Origin: Macrostomum lignano
Taxonomy: Eukaryota
Direction of reading: 5' to 3'
DNA length: 39,082 nt
Assembly (NCBI GenBank): GCA_002269645.1
Contig: NIVC01004658.1
Span: 1 to 39,082, forward strand
This document shows, one piece after another, positions 32,824 through 39,082 of this stretch; position 1 is the first letter of the stretch, and each line of letters begins with the position of its first letter. The notes under the pieces are model-generated. The model saw only the letters and a program-made list of their open reading frames with translations. It was not told where the DNA came from and did no database searches. The position numbers and the translations under genes are program-made.

Positions 32824-34764
32824 TTAAGACGACTTCGAGTGCCGGGATCTGTGACTGCCTCGGCTGCTGCTCCGCGATCTGCTGCCGCGGCTGCCACGGC
32901 TGTGGCTTCGCTGCTTGTGGCCGTGGCCCCCCTTCTTCTTGTCCCCATCGCCGCCACCGGAGCCTTTGTCGTGGACTTTCTGCTTTTTAGTCTCAATCAT
33001 CTTCGTGATGTCCGTCATCAGAGTGCTCAGAAACTCTGCGGATCGGAGAAGTTTGGTTTGAGTTGCGGCCGGGAAGGAAATTCGGAGCTCAGCTTGTTTG
33101 GTTAGCTGTTAAATCTTTCAGATGTAAGATTGATAACTGGTGCGAAGTACATGTAACTGACAGCTGTTGTCTGCTCATGGCAACTTAGTGCAGGTTTGGA
33201 TGGGTAAAGGGGTAACCCTGATCCTGCACCCAACCCTGCACCCAAACCTGCGCCAAAACCTACACCCAACCCTACACCCAACCCTGCACCCAACCCTACA
33301 CCCAACCCTGCACCCAACCCTGCACCCAGCCCTCACCGGAGTAGTCGATCTTGCCATCCCCGTTGGCATCCGCCTCTCGCATGAGCTTGTCGAACTCCTT
33401 CTCGGTGAGGGCGGAATTCCCCGAGCCGAAGATCGCATCGTGCAGTTCGTCTCGCTCGATGTAGCCGCTGTTGTCTTTATCCAGCTTCTGGAAGCTCGCC
33501 ATCAAATCGTCGCGGACAGCCTGAGGCGGCTTGCACACCTGACCCATCAACTGGGAAAATTCCACAAAGTTCATGGAACCGCTGGCGTCCTTGTCGTACA
33601 ATTTAAGCAGTTTTTCGACCTCCTCTTTCGACTTTGGAGCCTGGCCCATCACCTGTGATTGGGGATACCGACCTAGTCAATGCAATCCAATGTCTGTGAA
33701 GATTCATAATTTTCCCTTTTATCCCATAAGGGGTTGAGTGACAGACTAAGTTGTGATTTTTTTAACGATTCTAAACTCATTAAGCTGGTCATTAGAGCTG
33801 GCAGCTCTGTTTGGGGCAGGGCGTGAGGTGGGTGTCTGCTGAGCGAGGGGTTAGGGGAGGGCGTGAGGTGGGTGTCTACTGAGGGGGTTGGGGCAGGGGG
33901 TGAGGTGGAAGTCTGCTGAGGGAGGCGTTGAGACAGGGGGTGAGGTGGAAGTCTGCTGAGGGAGGCGTTGGGGCACGGGGTGAGGGGAAGTCTGCTGAGG
34001 GAGGCGTTGGGGGAGGGCGTGAGGTGGATGTTTGCTGAGAGAGGCGTTGGGGCAGGGGGTGAGGGGAAGTCTGCTGAGGGAGGCGTTGGGGGAGGGCGTG
34101 AGGTGGAAGTTGCTGAGAGAGGCGTTGGGCAGGGGGTGAGGTGGAAGTTTGCTGAGAGAGGCGTTGGGGCAGGGGGTGAGGTGGAAGTCTGCTGAGGGAG
34201 GCGTTGGGGCAGGGGGTGAGGTGGAAGTCTGCTGAGGGAGGCGTTGGGGCAGGGGTGAGGTGGAAGTCTGCTGAGAGAGGCGTTGGGGCAGGGGGTGAGG
34301 TGGAAGTCTGCTGAGGGAGGCGTTGGGGCAGGGGTGAGGTGGAAGTCTGCTGAGAGAGGCGTTGGGGCAGGGCGTCCCTGAAGAGATCAAGTTTTAGTCT
34401 ATGGGTGAGACAAGTTCTCAGAGAGTTCGCCGAGTATTGGTCAGCAACGCTTGACAATATGAGGAGCCATCAGATTCCTGATCAGGCTCTGCACAGCGGA
34501 GTGTTGAACTTGGGCAGCGATAGTCTATGGCCAGCCCTGCCAAACCCGCCGGCAGGAACGGATTTTACGAGTATTACGGCGAGAAGAGCAGATTAATTGA
34601 ACATACCTGCAGGCAGGCAAATAACTCTCCAGCATCCATGGTGTCTGAGTTGTCCTTGTCGAACATCTTGAACACAAGTAGTGCTTGCTGGCCTCCTCAA
34701 CTGACACGCCGGCCTCTTGCAGAGCAGCGTAGTACTGCTCAGGAACCGCGGACACCGCTGCCAT
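32824..34764 (-). CDS. Calmodulin-like 4-EF-hand protein with basic Arg/Ser-rich C-terminal tail (about 228 aa)
   Basis: Exons 34764-34607, 33652-33337, 33035-32824. EF loops DKDNSDTMDAGE, DKDASGSMNFVE, DKDNSGYIERDE, DANGDGKIDYSE. Exon 1 is 158 nt, one base short of 53 codons (apparent deletion near 34684). Confidence 0.88.
33222..33330. repeat. 12-bp repeat (CCAACCCTGCAC), about 9 copies, starting at the donor of calmodulin-like intron 2
   Basis: Seen directly; reads GGGTTGGGTGCA on the transcribed strand. Confidence 0.9.
33810..34375. repeat. About 40-bp G-rich minisatellite (GGGCAGGGGGTGAGGTGGAAGTCTGCTGAGGGAGGCGTTG), about 14 copies, calmodulin-like intron 1
   Basis: Tandem units seen directly. 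Confidence 0.94.
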
Positions 34765-35311
34765 CTCTGGTTGATAACTCTAAACAATTTCAGTAGGAAG
34801 ACACAAAGCAGCAACAGACAGGGCTGTCTGAGGTGGCAGCTTAAGCTTTATACGCTCACCTGCCCTCCACACTTCGCTGTGCCCGTCTCTCACCCTGCGC
34901 CTCCTATTATTCGAGTCTTGTGTAGCCAATTATCCAATGTACGAGCCTGCGTTGCACACACTGCGGCTAGGGGGCAGCTGCTCCGCGACCATGGAGACCG
35001 GCGGCTCGGGCTTGTGTTTCTAAGCCTAGCCAGCTCTTGTATCTCGCCTTCAACTCTCGCCCGCAGATACAGAAAAAACGAAATTAGCAGTTTGTTATAA
35101 CTGAGCCGCACTTTTGCAGGCTTGCGAAGCATCTAAAAATAGATCTGCTTCTTTGAGCGCTGCAATGCAAGTCCTTCTGTTTGATACTGAACTGGGGCCC
35201 GGCTTATCTGCCTTATTTAGTTAGCTAAAGCTCTTAAAGTAACCTTATGCGATCAAGTTTGCTGAGTTGCTTTTGCTTTAGCAGAATTTCCAGAGTTGCT
35301 TGAAGCTAAAA

Positions 35312-37500
35312 ATGTGGACGAACTGGCGCGCCGTAACTGGGGCGGCGGTTCTGCTGGCGCTGGTGGCTGCTGGGACCTCCGGGCTCGCTGTCCCGCTGGC
35401 CCTCATTGGCCAGGCTCAGCCGGTCCCCCGCGGCGCTGGCCGGGCCCCTCCGCTCTACCGGGTCGACCTGGACCAGGACCCAGCCACCAGGTGGGCCGCG
35501 GTGGTGGCCGACTTCAAAGCCGACACGCAGCAGTTGATCAAAGCGTTTCTGGGGTGAGTTACTACACCATTGCCGTTGTGGAGTTCTGCAATACAAAACT
35601 CTAGTAGAGAGGGATGAAACGGTTTCTTAATACCGTCAGTGAAGTGAGATAGAGTTCTGTCCTCAATGTACGGGACGGCCGGAGGATAGGGTTGGCCTCA
35701 CTATACATCGGGGGCAGAGGTTTCAGCAAATAGAAAGTGTACATTGGGGCAAGGGTTTCAGTAAATAGTGAGAGTGCATTGGGGGCAAGGGTTTCCGTAA
35801 ATTGTGAGTGTGCATTGGGGCAGAAGCTTCAGTAAGCAGTGAGTGTACATTCGAGGCCCAGATGTTTCAGTAAATAGTGAGTGTACATTCGGGGCAGAGT
35901 CAGTGAATAGTGAGTGTAAATTCGGGGCAGAGGTTTGTTTCAGTAAATAGTGAGTGTACATTCGGGCAGAGGTTTCAGTGAATAGTGAGTGTACATTCGG
36001 GGCAGAGGTTTCAGTGAATAGTGAGTGTACATTCGGGGCAGAGGTTTCAGTGAATAGTGAGTGTACATTCGGGCAGAGGTTTCAGTGAATAGGGAGTGTA
36101 CATTCGGGCAGAGGTTTCAGTGAATAGTGAGTGTACATTCGGGGCAGAGGTTTCAGTGAATAGTGAGTGTACATTGGAGGCTCAGTTTTCAGATCATTAG
36201 GGGTTGGGGGCAAAGGAATGGTCGTGTTGGGTGCTATGGAAACGCATTTAAAACAAAATTCGCCCATTTATAGGATTATAATGTGTATTCGCCCACGAAG
36301 ATAACACAGAAAATTTTCAGATCAGTACCTCTGGAGTTGAAGTACCTGGCAGACGTAATTGCTGCAGATTTGGACACCCACCTGCCGGCCGACTATGGAG
36401 CGGAGTTGCTAGGTGAGAGGAACCTTCGAATGCACCAATGTAAAATACCCTGTTTAGCAGTTCAACCCTGCCTCAACCAAATTAGATGATCCCAATAACT
36501 AATGCACTTTTTAGGCATTTCGAAGACGGTGAATGCGTCACTCGGAGACATCGTGCTGCTCAATCTGATCTACGATGTCACCGCGTAGGCTTTTGCCTCT
36601 TCTAAATAGATGCTGGATCAGTTTGTCACTCCTGGAGACACGCAAACCCGAAATAAGCATTAAATACCAGTATAAAACCAACTGTACACGCATTGCTTGA
36701 ACCCAGTCTTAGTTTCCTAGAAACCAGCTAGCAAACTCGTCAGGCAACCGCAGCCAGAAAGTTCTTCCAGCAATCAAATCTGCCCTTTTTGCTGCAGCTT
36801 CTGCACCGGCATCATCGCCAACGACCGGAACGGCGGCCTCTGGCACGGAAGAAATTTGGACTACGGCAACACGATGCCCCAGACTGACATGCTGGAGAAG
36901 GTCACCATCAGGGTCGACTTTTATAGACGAGGCAAGGTAACCACTGGTGTTGCTCAAGCAAGAACCCCGATATCATAAATAAATATCGCGTACAGAAAAT
37001 ACCCGCCATTTCAGCTGCTTTATTCCGCCGTCTCCTTTGCGGGCTATGCGGGCATCCTCACCGGCTGGAAGCCGCACCAGTTCGCCATTACCGTCAACGA
37101 GAGAGGCGCGTAATGACTTTTTAAATTGTTTTCCACATTTTCACAGCACTACTCGCAGTAGTTCATCCACATGAAAAAAAAGCGCTATAATTTCACTCGC
37201 CATGTTCTAAACATATCTTTGTATTCTAAGTTTTCTCTTTTGCGTTCGACTGTAAATCTTCAATCTTAGTGACTTGGTGACTTGGTGACTTGGCAGTTCC
37301 AAGCTGCCATGCACTCCCCAGTGTTCTAAGGCTGCCACTGTAACATTCTCAGGCATGTAGTTCTAAGCTTTTTCGGGTAGTCTCAACACACACACTGCGT
37401 CTTTGCAGACAAAGGAAACTTCATCAACAACATCGTGTCGGCTCTGCAGGAACTGCTGAACGGAGGCAAGCTCTACCCTGTGACAATGATGACCCGCTTG
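35312..37500 (+). CDS. NAAA: N-acylethanolamine acid amidase / acid ceramidase family (Ntn hydrolase), first six exons; remaining exons not found in window
   Basis: Exons 35312-35553 (signal peptide, PPLYRVDLDQDPATRW), 36321-36412, 36515-36584 (GDIVLLNLIYDV), 36798-36936 (FCTGIIA...HGRNLDY, catalytic Cys), 37015-37105 (FAGYAGILTGWKP.QFAITVNER), 37409-37500 (DKG...). NAAA preferred over ASAH1 because of FCT and ERDKG. Confidence 0.9.
35705..36180. repeat. About 36-bp minisatellite (GTGAGTGTACATTCGGGGCAGAGGTTTCAGTGAATA), about 13 copies, NAAA intron 1
   Basis: Tandem units seen directly. Confidence 0.94.
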
Positions 37501-39082
37501 GTAAGCCCCGCTGATTTTCGTATGTCGCATTGGCTTGATGCAGGTCGTCATTCCAAAGCAACTCATTGCGCAGACTAGTATATAAAAAAGCAAATGAACG
37601 GTCAAAATAGTTCCATTTGGAAGACGTCGAAATAGTTCCTGACGGAGGCCACCAAAGCAGGTTCTAGATCAACGATTCCGTCAGGAAGTTCTTCACAGCT
37701 ACACCTGGAGGCACAGACGGGGAGAAGACAACCCGCTGGCAGCCGCTGTTGCCGACCCAGCTCAGGAGGGATTTGCCGAGGACGAGCCGGCAGCGTGACC
37801 CTCCTTGGCACTTTTATTGACGATCTGCGCGTCCTGTACCTGACTTCCAGCGAGGCCATGCGCTTTCCCTCCTAGGTTTTTTGCGAGCGCTTGTGCGCTA
37901 GTGTCTTTGAGGCCTCTGCGCGTCGCTACTACTATACTACTACACCTGAATAAGCTGCTTTCTAAGCTGTTTCGAGGTACAAAAATCCAACAGATTTCTT
38001 TCATCATCAGCCTGACGTGACGACCTATCGGATCTCCAAATTGACTTCAATAAGGTACTGTTTTGCGATTATTGCCTTTGCAGATGCAGAGTGCAAACTT
38101 GGCGAACACGTTCGACTAGAAACACCGAGGCATCTCATCCAGGTGCCTTCCTCGCGCTTCCATGGAGTAAAGGAATTCTAGAGAATCGAGCCTAAAGTAA
38201 ATCCGATCTAGAGTGACCCGGATGTGGCGTATAAATGTTTCTAATCGCCTGGTCCCACAAGTGGTCGATTGCGATCAGCTTGGTGTGGACGCAAAGCTTC
38301 ACTTTCATTCACTTTAGCTTTAACTTTGGACGCAAAGTTCGCCGCCAGTACAGGTGGGCATCCCTGTACTTAAGATGAGTGTGTCTAAATTGCATTACAG
38401 TTGTCGAAATTGAATGTGAGCTTTGCCTTAGGACTTAAATTTTACCATAGACAAATTGCTCTGACTGAGAAACTGTTTAAAAATGGAATATCCGCTGTCT
38501 AAAATGAATGTCTGGTGTCTAAATCGAGGTTTGCTTTGTCTAATTTGAAAGTCCAATTGAAAGTATAAAAAAGATTATCGAAAATGAATTTCGAGTTGTC
38601 TGAATTGTATTGCATATTTGTTGAAATTGAACGGGAAAAGGTGTATGCGCATACAGTCACTGACTTTGGAAGGTTGCCCAAGCCGTTGCGGAAGGATACT
38701 CACACAATGCTCTGCATAAAGCAATTGCAAGCCACGTTCGCAGTTCTACTGATTGTGACGATGGATAGCTTATTGAAAGCCTAATCGTTGCTGTCGAGAG
38801 CCGGATGCGCCGGTAGTAATGGAATTCACCAGGCCGTAACTCGAGCCCTGCTAGGCAGCCCGATGCTGGCTTATTGTCTCTCAGCCATCTGATGCGGCAG
38901 TGCAGGTCTCCGCTTTTGTTTATGCAGATTGCAGATGCATCGTCTGCCTGGAGCACATGGCGGGACATTGTGCTTCCATCCATCCAAAATAACTGTCTTT
39001 CTATCTCGTTTCTCGCAGCTTTTGAGACAGGGTTTTCAAGGGAGCAATTTTTGCTGCAGGTAAACAGCGCCTGATGCAGCAA

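Noticed and set aside
4259-35312. Acceptor-like AGs just upstream of several ATGs, suggesting SL trans-splicing or an operon
   Set aside because: At least the calmodulin-like gene has a matching cis donor about 80 nt upstream; cannot be told apart from 5' UTR introns without transcripts
315-36180. CRISPR-like appearance of regularly spaced 20-36-bp repeats
   Set aside because: Units are head-to-tail with no unique spacers, no cas genes, and the context is eukaryotic introns
37600-39082. Possible retroelement remnants (FIDDL, LQADD strings; ORF 38657-39082) in the NAAA intron
   Set aside because: Only isolated short motifs with no consistent RT domain order; cannot be supported without a search

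Overview
Eukaryotic (metazoan) genomic DNA with GT-AG introns, GC-rich exons and AT-rich spacers. Minisatellite-packed introns and GC-rich exons suggest a flatworm such as Macrostomum (inference only). Genes built by hand from splice sites and reading frames: minus strand, a long-chain acyl-CoA synthetase (5' part, runs off the left edge), an SLC22 transporter (7 exons), a small orphan membrane-protein ORF and a 4-EF-hand calmodulin-like protein with an Arg/Ser-rich tail; plus strand, a SHARPIN-like gene (LTM-UBL-NZF) directly followed by a complete 514-aa HOIL-1L/RBCK1 RBR E3 ligase, and the first six exons of an NAAA/acid-ceramidase-family amidase. A 5'-truncated RTE-like LINE lies at about 14.55-16.16 kb. 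About 20 unrelated minisatellites fill introns and 3' flanks and explain most long repetitive ORFs in the track. The most striking result is the tandem pair of LUBAC accessory-subunit genes. The SHARPIN-like protein carries, just after its NZF, a 28-residue ungapped match to the eIF4E-binding segment of 4E-BP (YSRDFLL...NCP...P.DLP) with the two mTOR phosphosites replaced, which suggests a link between linear ubiquitination and cap-dependent translation. Limits: no database searches were possible, exon models are unconfirmed by RNA, and several 1-nt deletions in otherwise intact genes look like assembly errors.
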